A stretch of DNA of 64,000 bases, taken from positions 37,673 through 101,672 of the forward strand of contig JBNGIO010005925.1 of NCBI GenBank assembly GCA_049999805.1, written 5' to 3'. This DNA comes from Folioceros fuciformis. Lineage: Eukaryota. This document shows, piece after piece, positions 38,000 through 48,921 of the stretch. Position 1 is the first letter of the stretch; every line of letters begins with the position of its first letter. A program made the translations under genes and the position numbers. The notes below the pieces were generated by a model that ran no database searches, was not told where the DNA came from, and was given only the letters and a program-made list of their open reading frames with translations.

Positions 38000-39291
38000 T
38001 TATTCATCCTCGTTATCCAGCCCTGGGACGTATAGCAGCTTTACGTCGAAGATAACAGGGCTACTGGGTGGCACCCTCGGTCGCCCGGCAGCGGCAGATA
38101 AACCCTTGGGATATGCGAGCTGTTGTGGACAAGAAGCTTCTCCCAATGTCAGACTTTCAATGCACAGCCGCTGAATCAGACAACCTCAATGATGCACATG
38201 TATCACTAACCTCCCCAGGAATGTACAGTCGACGAATTCCACCGACCTTCATGGTTAGGAGACCCTCGTCTACTCCTTTAATGACCTGGTGCCCATGGGG
38301 AAAACGATCACGGGAGGGCTTACATGAGCATACGAGGTTCGTCATGTCAGCAGCAAGCTGGTGGTCACACACGAGAATCCTACCTGACCAGCACCAACCC
38401 GGAATATGTATGGGAACCCTTTTCCCAAAGAACTGCCACAAACAGAATCCAAGTTTCGTCAGGCCCACCTTCCAAGAGGCAGATGACCCAGTGATACAGC
38501 TGGGAAGCTGCCAGAGGCCGCTTCATCTACCTGTCAAAAACCTTCCCGGATGGTACCATCGCCACATAATTGGCCGCCACCTGCATGGCACTCACACCCT
38601 CCCACTCAGGCTGCGATGTACCCAGGATTGCACCCTCCTGCTTCAGGCGTGAAGTCAGGCATTACCTGAAACCCAACAGGAGGTGTCGGCCCGGTACCAA
38701 CAACGATATCCCTGTACTGCAAACCCGAGCTGGTTGTGGTGGTTGGGATCTGTGGCACACAATGTCAGGGTGGTCTCCAAACACACAGTGCAAGGAACAG
38801 GATGATGGGCTGCCGGCTCCGTATTCGGGAAAAAGCACAGGCTACGAGGAATGAAGCTCGAGGCTCACCATACATTTTCAAGCTCCTTTTCGCACTCGGT
38901 GTCGCAGAGCTTTTGAAACACCGGCTCGGGAATGGCGGCCTGGGAATCCCTCACGGCAACGCTACTGGCGGCCAAGAGTCCCAGCAACGGCACTGCCAGA
39001 GCCTCTCTGCGGTTGAATGCGCCGTTGGCTGCCTTGCCCGCATTTTCTGCCTCCAAGCCCGAGCTCAAGGAGCAATGCGGCTGGACGGATGGGCTAGCAC
39101 ATGGCCGGGCCCGGCTGGTTGCAGCACTGGGCAACGATGAGCACAATGGCTGGACCACCGTTGCCCCTGCACAAAGTGAATACGTCAGCTCCAAATCCGT
39201 GAAGAAAGAGCTCCGACTCATGAGAGGAAGGAAAGAAGAAACCACTACCGGCGGTGACCACGCGCAACAGCGACGACGAAGAGGCCGCCAT
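38000..39291 (-). CDS. FKBP16-3: Thylakoid-lumen FKBP-type PPIase (FKBP16-3-like), multi-exon
   Basis: Transit peptide with twin-Arg signal (NRREAL), CDTECEKELENV, GLQYRDI, VAANYVAMVPSG, QVIKG.DEGLL.MKVGG.RRLYIPG, PGRPRV.P.SPVIFDV. Confidence 0.88.
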
Positions 39292-39916
39292 GTCAATCGG
39301 AAGCCGTCTATCCCCTTCACCTCATTCGAATCCCGCCGGGGCGGTACACAGCGAAAAAGATAAGACCGTGAGCTTCAGTATATGATCGTCATCCGCATCC
39401 CCATCCCTATCGTCACCGTCATTTATTTGTTCATCAAATCAAACACCCACATTGCCGTAAAACAATCTCCTATGCGTCCACACGACTGTGGCCGATGCTC
39501 GAAGGACATCCTCGTGGTGCCAGCTGAGTTGCTTCGGGAAATCCTTGCCATATTTTGAGATGCAGTCTTCCTCGTCTCCAGCCTTTGCATCAGCGCACTT
39601 GCATGTGTCTCCGGACCCGGTCTGCTGGGTCCTCGTGCCTCCGCAAGATTTTGTACCACAGCCACTCCCAATTCAGGACCAGCAGCAAGTCAGTTTTTTC
39701 CTGCCGTGCGGGGCGATGGCACCAGTCAAGGGTGCAACGTGTCGGATGTTTCCGGGTTTTTGCGACCCGGACAACGGATGCTTGCAGGAATACTGGGCAG
39801 GGCATGGAGGTGGGCAATTGTCGGGGGAAGAGGGCTTCCCTGTGGGCTCCCGGAGTTGGTCATGGCAATAGCAGGTCCTTCTCCTTCTGCAGTTCAGCGC
39901 TGTTTGCTGTGGCTTT

Positions 39917-42754
39917 ATGTTGCTGACGTTTTCTGGATTTTGCCTCGTGACAAAGTCTCTGGGTGGGTGGGTGATAAACAGGGAAGGTTGGCCTGGAGGG
40001 CTTAACAGCAAGCTGTGTGACGAAGGAAGCCTCGATGCCGTGGTTCAGACTGTGGAGCTTGCGGTGGAAGCAGGAGTTGTTGTTGCCAGCGGTCTAGCTT
40101 CTCGTTTGTTGCAAAGATGTGGGAAGGAACAGAATTTGGTTCTTGGCAGACGGCTGCATGCCCTCATCGTGAAGTGTGGGTTGGAGGAGGATTCCTTTTT
40201 AGGGCACCACCTTATCCGCATGTTTTCTGCCTGTGGGAGTTTGGTGGAAGTGAAGGAGGTGTTTGAAAAGCTTCCTGCACCAGACAAGTTTGTATGGCCT
40301 GCAATCATATCAGCACATACTCGGCTTGGAGACGCTGGGCAGGCGATACAGCTGTATCACAGATTGCGAGAGTCTGGTGGAAAGGCTGATGATTATGTGT
40401 TTGTTGCCGTCCTCAACGCCTGTAGCAGTGCTGGAGCAGCTGCTGAGGGGAAGATGATCCATGCAGACGTTGTTGAATGTGGATCGGAGTCGAACGTATT
40501 TGTTGCCAATGCTGTCATCGACATGTATTGCAAATGTGGGAACCTGGTGGATGCATCGAATGTTTTCGACAGGTTGCAGAACAGGGATCTGGTGACGTGG
40601 ACGGCAATGATAACAGGGTATGCGCAGCAAGGTAGGGGCCAAGATGCCCTGCAGTTATTCCAGGAAATGCAGGAGGAAGACACACACCCGGACAAGGTTA
40701 CGGTTGTGACCATTCTGAAGGCTTGTTCTGGCGAAGAAGCTCTAGCTCAGGGCAAGGTGATACATTCCTACATCTTGAACACCGGTATGGAGTCGGATCT
40801 ATTTGTTAGCAGCAGCCTCATTGGCATGTATGTGAGGTGCGGAAGCGTTGAGTATGCTCGTGAGGTTTTTGATAGACTCCCGGTCAAAGATCTGGTGACA
40901 TGGACTTCCATGATTGCAGGGTATGCCCAGGCTGGTCACAGTGAGCAGTCGTTTCGTCTCTTCCTGAAAATGCAACAACAGGGCTTGCATCCTGACAAGG
41001 TCATGGTCCTGAGCATGTTCAAAGCATATTCAACCTCAGCAGCCCTAGAGATGGGGAAGTTGCTTCATGCAAGAATTACAGGCAGTAGTTTGGAGTCAGA
41101 TATTTCTATTTCTAGTACTCTCATTAACATGTACTCCAATTGTGACAGCATGGCAGACGCTTGCAAGGTATTCTATCGGTTGCCAAGCAAACATTTAGTG
41201 GCATGGACAGCTATGATTTCTGGATATGTGCAGCATGGAGGTGTCGATGAGGCTTTCAAGCTTTTCGCGATAATGCAGCGGGAAGGCGTAGTTCCTGACA
41301 AGGTCATACTTGTGAGCATGCTGAAAGCCTGTTCCAGTATCGCTGCTTCGGACCAGGGCAAAGTAATCCATGCTAGCATCGTGAAGTGTGGCTTTGAGTC
41401 TGATGTGATGGTTGGCAATGGCCTCATTGACATGTATAACAAATGTGGCAGCCTAGATATTGCCCGCAGTGTATTTGACAGGATTCCTAGAGATCTTGTG
41501 TCGTGGAACACAATGATTGCCGGTTATGTCCGTGATGGAGATCTCGAAGGTTCCCTCCATCTGTTGCACCAAATGCAGCAGGAGGGGCTGCGGCCAGACA
41601 AGTTCACTTTTGGGAGCATGCTGGCTGCATGTTCAACTGGACGTGCACTGGATCAGGGCAAGGCTATCCTTGCTTACCTTCGCAGAAGTGGTTTGGAGTT
41701 GGACCCACCTTTTAGCAGCATTCTCATCGATTTGTACGTCAAATGTGGGAGCCTAAGCGAAGGGATTATGCTGTTTGACAGATTGGCCGATAGGGATCTG
41801 ATGAGCTGGACTAAGATGATCGCAGGATATGTCCAGCATGGTAGGGGGCGGGAGGCGCTGAGTCTCTTTCGCAAGATGGAAATAGAGGGAGTCCTGCCGG
41901 ACGAACTGGCAGTCATAAGCATTCTCAAAGCCTGTCACACAGCAGCAAGCCTTGATGTGGGCAAGCTGGTACATTCCTACATTGAAAAGCGTGATTTTCT
42001 AGCAAACATGTTCATTGGCAGTGCCCTTATGCACATGTATGCCAAATGCGGGGATGTCAAGGATGCACGAGGGGTTTTTGATCGACTTCCAGAAAAATCC
42101 ATCGCATGCTGGAACACTATGATAGCAGCATATGCTCGGCATGGTGAGGGCCAGGTGGCTCTGCAGCTATTCCAGCAGATGCAAGAGGAGGGCAGTCCAC
42201 CAGATAGTGTGACATTTACTTGCCTGCTTTCTGCTTGCAGCCACAGTTGTTTAAGGGACGAAGGAATTCACCTTTTTCGGTCCATGTCTTCTGAGTACGG
42301 CATGATCCCTCAGATGGAGCACTACACTTGCATAGTCGATCTTCTTGGCCGATCGAGTTCTGTGGATGATGCAGAACAATTCATCCACAGGATTCCCATG
42401 CAACCGGACATTGTAGTATGGATGTCTCTTTTGGGCTCTTGCCGAACTCATCTTGATGTGGAAGTTGGAGAACGCACTTTTGACGCCATCCTGTTGTTAG
42501 ATTCAACGTGCTATGCAGCCTATGTCCTGATGGCAGACCTCTACCAAGCCGCAGGCAGGCCACAGAAGAGGGCAGAGATACGAAAGAGGATGCATATTGC
42601 AGGGGCCACGAAGCAGCCTGGTCGCTCTTGGATGGAAGTTGACAATGAGCGTCACAGCTTTGTGGCACACGACCAACAGCACCCCAAACGAAGGCAGATT
42701 CAAGACTACCTTCTTAGGCTCATAGAAGCGGTTGACGAGCCACAAAATCTGTGA
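39917..42754 (+). CDS. PLS-class PPR protein with E/E+ extension and no DYW deaminase (true 5' end uncertain)
   Basis: 945-aa uninterrupted ORF of P-L-S triplets, L2-S2-E1-E2, then KQPGRSWMEV...FVAHDQQHP; ends before any HxE/CxxC. Confidence 0.93.
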   Translation: MLLTFSGFCLVTKSLGGWVINREGWPGGLNSKLCDEGSLDAVVQTVELAVEAGVVVASGLASRLLQRCGKEQNLVLGRRLHALIVKCGLEEDSFLGHHLIRMFSACGSLVEVKEVFEKLPAPDKFVWPAIISAHTRLGDAGQAIQLYHRLRESGGKADDYVFVAVLNACSSAGAAAEGKMIHADVVECGSESNVFVANAVIDMYCKCGNLVDASNVFDRLQNRDLVTWTAMITGYAQQGRGQDALQLFQEMQEEDTHPDKVTVVTILKACSGEEALAQGKVIHSYILNTGMESDLFVSSSLIGMYVRCGSVEYAREVFDRLPVKDLVTWTSMIAGYAQAGHSEQSFRLFLKMQQQGLHPDKVMVLSMFKAYSTSAALEMGKLLHARITGSSLESDISISSTLINMYSNCDSMADACKVFYRLPSKHLVAWTAMISGYVQHGGVDEAFKLFAIMQREGVVPDKVILVSMLKACSSIAASDQGKVIHASIVKCGFESDVMVGNGLIDMYNKCGSLDIARSVFDRIPRDLVSWNTMIAGYVRDGDLEGSLHLLHQMQQEGLRPDKFTFGSMLAACSTGRALDQGKAILAYLRRSGLELDPPFSSILIDLYVKCGSLSEGIMLFDRLADRDLMSWTKMIAGYVQHGRGREALSLFRKMEIEGVLPDELAVISILKACHTAASLDVGKLVHSYIEKRDFLANMFIGSALMHMYAKCGDVKDARGVFDRLPEKSIACWNTMIAAYARHGEGQVALQLFQQMQEEGSPPDSVTFTCLLSACSHSCLRDEGIHLFRSMSSEYGMIPQMEHYTCIVDLLGRSSSVDDAEQFIHRIPMQPDIVVWMSLLGSCRTHLDVEVGERTFDAILLLDSTCYAAYVLMADLYQAAGRPQKRAEIRKRMHIAGATKQPGRSWMEVDNERHSFVAHDQQHPKRRQIQDYLLRLIEAVDEPQNL

Positions 42755-42845
42755 TACGCCAACTTCACAAGGCTTTTGCTCGCTGGGCAGTGCGTAACAC
42801 TTTGTACTTCAACATGAACATGATTCACTCCAGCTTTGTGCCAGA

Positions 42846-45554
42846 CTACAGTGCCAAAGGCGGACCATTTCCTGCCTCCTTCAACGCTGAGCTGAGCTGT
42901 TTCAACAAACCGTACAACTGTGCCTTTTGATCGTACCTGTGATCTCCCACACGAAACGTGTGTAGCTGTTGGTTGTTCTCAATCCAGCTTTGGCCAGCAC
43001 TCTTCCAGGAAGCACCTGACCTATGCCTTAACTCCTGTACTGCCAGTGCGTCCTCCAAAAGGCCTGCATTTGCATAGATGCTTGACATGAGTATGTAGGC
43101 TGCAGCTTCATTTGGCTCCACGCCCACAGCTTTATCGAAGGCACGCTTGGCCACGAGCACATTGGAATGCTTTCGGCATGCACTAAGCAGGCATAACCAA
43201 ACACACACATCGGGCTGTATCGGCATTTTGGATATCAGATCTTCTGCCTTACTGATGAGTCCAGCACGTGCAACAAGATCTACAACACAAACATAGTGCT
43301 CCAGGTTTGCAGAAATGCCAAAATTTCGAGTCATGATTCCGAAACACTCTAGTCCTTTGTCCACCATCCCGACATGACTGCATGCAGACAACAGAGCCAT
43401 GAATGTAACTTCGTCTGGCTCCAAGCCTGCAAGACGCATATCCTCGTAACACTGGAAACTTCGTTCATAGTCTCCCTGACGAGCATACCCAGCCAGTAGG
43501 GCAGTCCACGACACAACATCCGCTACAGGAATGGAATCGAACACAAGCTGTGCTGACACCATGCTCCCACATCGACCATAGGCATGAATCAAACTGGTTG
43601 CTATACGAAGACTGGAGCTAAACTTACTCAATATGATGCTCTGATGGATGCACACACACGTATCAAATGCTCCTGTATTGCTGCATGCTTCCAGTGCGGC
43701 AAGATATGTAGACTCGTCTGCTTCCACACCTTCCTCGTGCATTTGTGCATATAGTTGCAAAGCCTTTTCTCCTTGGCCCTGCTGAACGTACGCTGAGATC
43801 ATAGCATTCCATGACAAAAGATCTCGGTGGAACAGTTGCTCGAACACATACTCTGCATCATTTAACCTCTCACACCTCAGATAGAAAAAGATCAATGTGT
43901 TCTGGACAAAAACATCAGACTCCACACCCCTTGCAGCAGCTTGAGCATGAATTTGTTTCCCCCTTTGCAGGAACTCCACCTTGACACTTTGCCCCTGCAC
44001 AAGTATACCCGTGTCCCTTTCTGCAAGGCCGCCACATGCCTGGAGAACACTGACAAAGGTTCTACCGTTTGGCACGACACCTTCCTTTTGCATTTGACCA
44101 TAGAGATCCAACGCCTTATGCCCTTGGTCATGCTCAGCATAAGTTGCAAGCATCACATTCCACGAGACGTTGTCACGGCTGGACAATCTGTCAAATACCA
44201 GCTTCGAATCTAGAATGCTTCCGCACTTTGCATATGCAGCAATCAAACTATTAGAAACGAACACGTCGACTTGGAAACCCATCTTAGTAGCTTCAGCATG
44301 CAATCTCTTTCCCATATGAAGTGACTCCAGTTTGAAATTATGGCCATCTACAGGGAAGTCCTCCTCCTCTGCTGCAAGGGTACTGCATGCTTGAAGAACA
44401 CTGACAAATGTTCGATCATTTGGCCTTATCCCTTCCTCTTGCATTCTTGCATATATCTGCAAGCTATTTTCTCCTTGGCCATCCTGAGCATAGGCAGCGA
44501 GCAATGCAGTCCATGATACTACATCACGATGAGACAAGCTGTCAAAAACCTGTTGAGCATCCGGAATGCTCCCACACTTTGCATACATGCTTACCAAACT
44601 GTTACCGACATAAACATCTGAGTCAAACCCACGTTCCACAATTGCAGCATGCAACTTTCTTCCATGCCTCAATGACTCCAGTTTGATACATTGGTTCTGC
44701 ACTACAGTGCTTTCCTCCGCTTCTGCCAGAATGCCACATACTTGAAGAGCACTGACGAAAGTCCTATCATTTGGCGTGACACCTTTCAGCTGCATTTGAA
44801 AATACAGACCCAAGGCCTCAGTTCCTTGGCCCTGCTGCGCATAGGCTGCGAGCATTGCATTCCATGACACAACATCACGCTGTGACAATCTGTCAAACAC
44901 CTGTTTGGCATCGCGTATGCTCCCACACTTAGCATACATACTAACCAGAGTGTTGGCAACGAAAATGTCCTTTTCGAAACCATGCTTGAGAGCAGCTACG
45001 TGGATCCGTCTACCCTCCTCTAGATCCTCCAACCTGCTGCATGCTTTGAGTAAGCTCACAAAGGTGTACTTATCAGTTTTGATACCTTCTCCTTGCATCT
45101 GCTTATAGCAAGAAAGAGCATCTCTATATCGTCCAGCTTTGATATACCCTGAAATGATGGCAGTCCAAGAGAACACTGAACGGTATGACAATTTCCGAAA
45201 GAGTTGCACCCCAGCTGCAAGGCCTCCACAAGTCAAAAGTGTGGTCACGACAAGGTCGCCCAAAGCTTTGTCTAACTCCAGCCCGTACTTTTGCATATGA
45301 GCAAGCACAGTCCTTGCCTCGTCTAGTGATTTTCTTTTCATACATGCCTGCAGCAGGGATTTATACACAGGCACGGATGGAGCATTGCTCTCCTGATCCA
45401 TACGAACGAGGGCACACAGAGCCCTGTCCAGCTGTCCCTCCTTACAGAGAATCTCAATACCCCATGTATCTTCAGATTCGGCCCCAGTCCTGCACCAGCC
45501 CAACGATCTCAAAGCTCCAAATACTGCAGTCAAAGGTGGGGCAGACCAGCACAA
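42846..45554 (-). CDS. PLS-class PPR protein with elongated LL motifs and E/E+ extension, no DYW deaminase (true 5' end uncertain)
   Basis: 902-aa ORF; three L motifs carry ~15-aa inserts; ends AGQSWIE...HTFRVGD...LKEAG.GPPLAL*. Confidence 0.93.
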   Translation of the reverse strand: MCWSAPPLTAVFGALRSLGWCRTGAESEDTWGIEILCKEGQLDRALCALVRMDQESNAPSVPVYKSLLQACMKRKSLDEARTVLAHMQKYGLELDKALGDLVVTTLLTCGGLAAGVQLFRKLSYRSVFSWTAIISGYIKAGRYRDALSCYKQMQGEGIKTDKYTFVSLLKACSRLEDLEEGRRIHVAALKHGFEKDIFVANTLVSMYAKCGSIRDAKQVFDRLSQRDVVSWNAMLAAYAQQGQGTEALGLYFQMQLKGVTPNDRTFVSALQVCGILAEAEESTVVQNQCIKLESLRHGRKLHAAIVERGFDSDVYVGNSLVSMYAKCGSIPDAQQVFDSLSHRDVVSWTALLAAYAQDGQGENSLQIYARMQEEGIRPNDRTFVSVLQACSTLAAEEEDFPVDGHNFKLESLHMGKRLHAEATKMGFQVDVFVSNSLIAAYAKCGSILDSKLVFDRLSSRDNVSWNVMLATYAEHDQGHKALDLYGQMQKEGVVPNGRTFVSVLQACGGLAERDTGILVQGQSVKVEFLQRGKQIHAQAAARGVESDVFVQNTLIFFYLRCERLNDAEYVFEQLFHRDLLSWNAMISAYVQQGQGEKALQLYAQMHEEGVEADESTYLAALEACSNTGAFDTCVCIHQSIILSKFSSSLRIATSLIHAYGRCGSMVSAQLVFDSIPVADVVSWTALLAGYARQGDYERSFQCYEDMRLAGLEPDEVTFMALLSACSHVGMVDKGLECFGIMTRNFGISANLEHYVCVVDLVARAGLISKAEDLISKMPIQPDVCVWLCLLSACRKHSNVLVAKRAFDKAVGVEPNEAAAYILMSSIYANAGLLEDALAVQELRHRSGASWKSAGQSWIENNQQLHTFRVGDHRYDQKAQLYGLLKQLSSALKEAGNGPPLAL

Positions 45555-46492
45555 AGAAACAAGGCCTACAAGGCATCAAAAGTCTTCCTACCTTTCACCT
45601 CCATAAGCACAGGGAGAGGTAGCAGCACAAAGACCCTTCATGCCATCGTTGGCCACGTCAACTAGCTGGAAGTCTAGACTGATCTTTGGAGCATGCAAGG
45701 TATTTGCCGGAAGTATTTTGCATTAGATTGGCAGGCCAATCCAAGCCTCAATGTGTGAAGAGAACACCCATGTCAAACGAAGGTGTAGAGGAACGACCAG
45801 TTGCAGAAAATGTTGGTGACTATCTGACGGCACCGGACGACGTGCTACCAAAGGCCTGCACCATGTGAATTTTTTAAACGTCTAAACTACTAATGGGCTT
45901 GGATGCCTTGTCCTTGGTATCCATTGGTTTCGTGTAGAGGAGGAGTTCGTCCTGAACAGCCTTTACACCAGGTTAAGGCATCAATTCGTGTGTTCATGTC
46001 ATCACATGCAGATGGTGACACCTTGTAGACTGGCGGGCGGGGGAACTGGGCAAGCTTGACAAACGCGAACTCCGTCTGCTATCTCTTCGACCGTGATCGT
46101 GAGAGATCCAGCATAACCGCTCCAGCGAGCAATTGGGCACGGAACGTCAGGTTGCTCTACGATTATGTAGTGTAGACCGGTGGACCGAGCGCAATGTTCT
46201 GTGATGACTTGACACGGTATGCACATGTTGAGTACATTCTAGCACAGAATCCCCTCGTTTTCTGTACTGCTTCTTTACCATCCATTTGTAGATACTCACA
46301 TGGCGACATCACTGTCACGAAAGAAACTGCTGCTCCTAGCCATATCCCGTTGAGTTTGAGAAATATTTAGATCACAGACTCTTGAGACGTTACAGAAGCC
46401 CTTCACAGTGGCAAAACTGCGATCCATATCGGCTGCGGGTCTGATGGTCGTCCTATGGCACTCTGTTTGATTGATCATTTGGTAGATCGGGA

Positions 46493-48474
46493 TCAAAGGT
46501 GCAGGCGGGAATATTCTAAGTGTAAATCGGCCACAGTCCATGCATCCTCCACCGACAAGTCTCCTGCAAAACACGGCACCACGAGTATGAGGCTAGCTAT
46601 CTATGAGGCATGCACTCTAGAAGTGAAAGTAACAGGAGTGATCCGTTACAAAAACCAAGTTTACCAATTTTTTCTCGCCGGAGAGCTGTAAGATGTGCGT
46701 AGCTGTAAGGTGAAGAAGCAAAAAAGTATCAGGTTAGAATGAGAGGACACGAATCTAGCAACTAGTGGACAAGACAAGATTATTCACCAACCTGTTCAAT
46801 GCGAGTCCAACATCTGTGCAAAGTGATCTGATGTAGGTTCCCTTCGAGCAAACTACTCTAAAGTCAACCTCCTGTCTGCAAAACACAAAGAAACGCAGGA
46901 AGCATCATCATCACGCTGAGGTCAGATGAATTAGGATCTCGGGGTATGAAGTGACATCAAACACCTCGCTATACCTGTTTTGCTCGCTTCTAGTCAGTTG
47001 GAACTCAGAGACTGTCACCGTCCTTGCAGGAATGTCCAGTTCTTCTCCTCTCCGAGCTTTCTCATACAGCCTCTCTCCTTTCACCTGATAATATCGCTTC
47101 GCTGTGAATTTACCTTAAATCTGGACAGAGATCTGGACAGGGTCAGGGCTATCAAAGGATACTCACCTTAATGGCCGAGTACATGGGTGGAACTTGCAAG
47201 ATCTCTCCTAAGAACTTGTGTGCTGCTGCTTCTAAGTCGGTGTCTTGTATGTGCTCCCATGGTAGCCTATTGCTAACCTGCAAAGCCAGACTGTTCCCAA
47301 CTATCAGAGCCCTGCATCATTAACTGACACAGATTGCCATCTCGGATCTCAAGGAATATTCAGCAAAAAAGAGCGCGACAACTACCTCGGTGTCAGCATC
47401 TGCTGAGGGCGTCAGCTCTCCGAGACGAAGTGTACCACTGTAAACTTTTGTCATGGCTTGATATCTGCAGAGAAAGAAGGATGAGTCAATGGATGCTCAG
47501 GCAAGGGCAAAAAGTTTTCCCCAACGAGCCTCACAGGACTCTTCGTACCTGTCCACTACTTTCGTTGCTTTTCCTAGACACAGGATCAACAGCCCCGTTG
47601 CCATGGGATCCAGAGTGCCAGCATGTCCAACCTGCCAATAGCCACCTTTAACAGGATGCATTGACGTTCAAGAAGTCAACGGCGATCCATTGCCTCCTAA
47701 CATGATATGGCAGCAGTTCAGACTACATTGCAGCAAGCAGAAACCAGACTGCACGTCAGACTACATTGAAGCAAGCAGAAACCAGACTACAGTTAAGACT
47801 ACATTGCAGCAAGCAGAAACCGGACTAGCGATTGCTGGTGACTATAGGACAACCCATTTCGTGCAACGCGTACCTTCTTGACTTTTGTCAAGCTTCTCAA
47901 CTTCGCACAAACTGCAAAAGATGTCCAGCCTACATTTGAGCCAACATATGAGACAGGAGCCATGCGATGGAAAACATCGGACAACACATCCTGTCCAATG
48001 TCGGAAATTGCTTGCACCTTTTGGCTTGTCAATGAGAACAGCGGTGCCTGTAGGCCCATCCCAGTCCTTGGGGATCCTGGAGTGACGTTTCAAAAGTAAA
48101 GGCTTGGTGAAAGGAGGAGGTGAGAATGTCCTCGGCAAGCTAGGATTCGGCTCTTTTACAGGTGACTCGGATTGCAAACTTGTGCCGGCATCGCTGAAAC
48201 GAGATTCCTTGCCACATTCCGGCTTGCAAACATTATGCCTGCTTGAAATCCGCCAAATACGATTTCCTCCAAAGTGCCTGACGCCCTTGACCCGCAACCA
48301 CGCACTTCGACAGTAGGGATAACCGCGATCTTGTGCCTCTCTACCCTTCCCGCTTCGATTGAAACATGTCACATCCAACGACCATTGCAACCTACCGCTT
48401 CCCAAGTGCTGCACCTTGCGAGCGGAAAAGAGGGAAGAAGCATAGCCGCAACCGAGTCCGGGAACACGCAACAT
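46493..48474 (-). CDS. TRUB: tRNA pseudouridine-55 synthase TruB-like, organelle-targeted, multi-exon
   Basis: [72 protein letters not shown]-terminal extension. Confidence 0.9.
47720..47827. repeat. Intronic ~38-bp tandem repeat (3 copies)
   Basis: AGACTACATTG.AGCAAGCAGAAACC.GACT repeated. Confidence 0.8.
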
Positions 48475-48921
48475 TGCAGTGATGGCGGCGAGGCTGAGCT
48501 CGGCCACTACCAGGTTCAGTATCACAACTACGAATCAACACAGCTCGAAACCCGCGCACACATTCAATCCCGGAAATTTGTCGACAACGCAAAGCTGGAG
48601 ACAGCAGTGGCTCGTCGAAGTGATCTCCTGAGAAACCCGATGCAATCCACGCAAATGTATCTTCCATCGAGGGAAAATTTATAACTCCGAAAAGAGGTTG
48701 TGAGTGCATCACTGTCAATCAGAAATTGCGCAAGGTTGGTACCAGCTATGCCTGGCTTCTATTCTAACTCCCGAGTCTGAACCTATTTCCTCTCCAGTCA
48801 TGAAATGGTCCAAACTTGCACAAATGCTGATGCGCTTCGATCCACTACAAAAAAAGCCATAGTTGTGATATGGCAATTGTTGACTGGACAAGGCGAGGAG
48901 TCAAAATTGCAGAGATACAGC

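Noticed and set aside
45600..46450. Extra 5' coding exons of the minus-strand PPR gene
   Set aside because: Splice-like sites exist, but the frames tested contain stops; could be 5' UTR with uORFs and needs cDNA.
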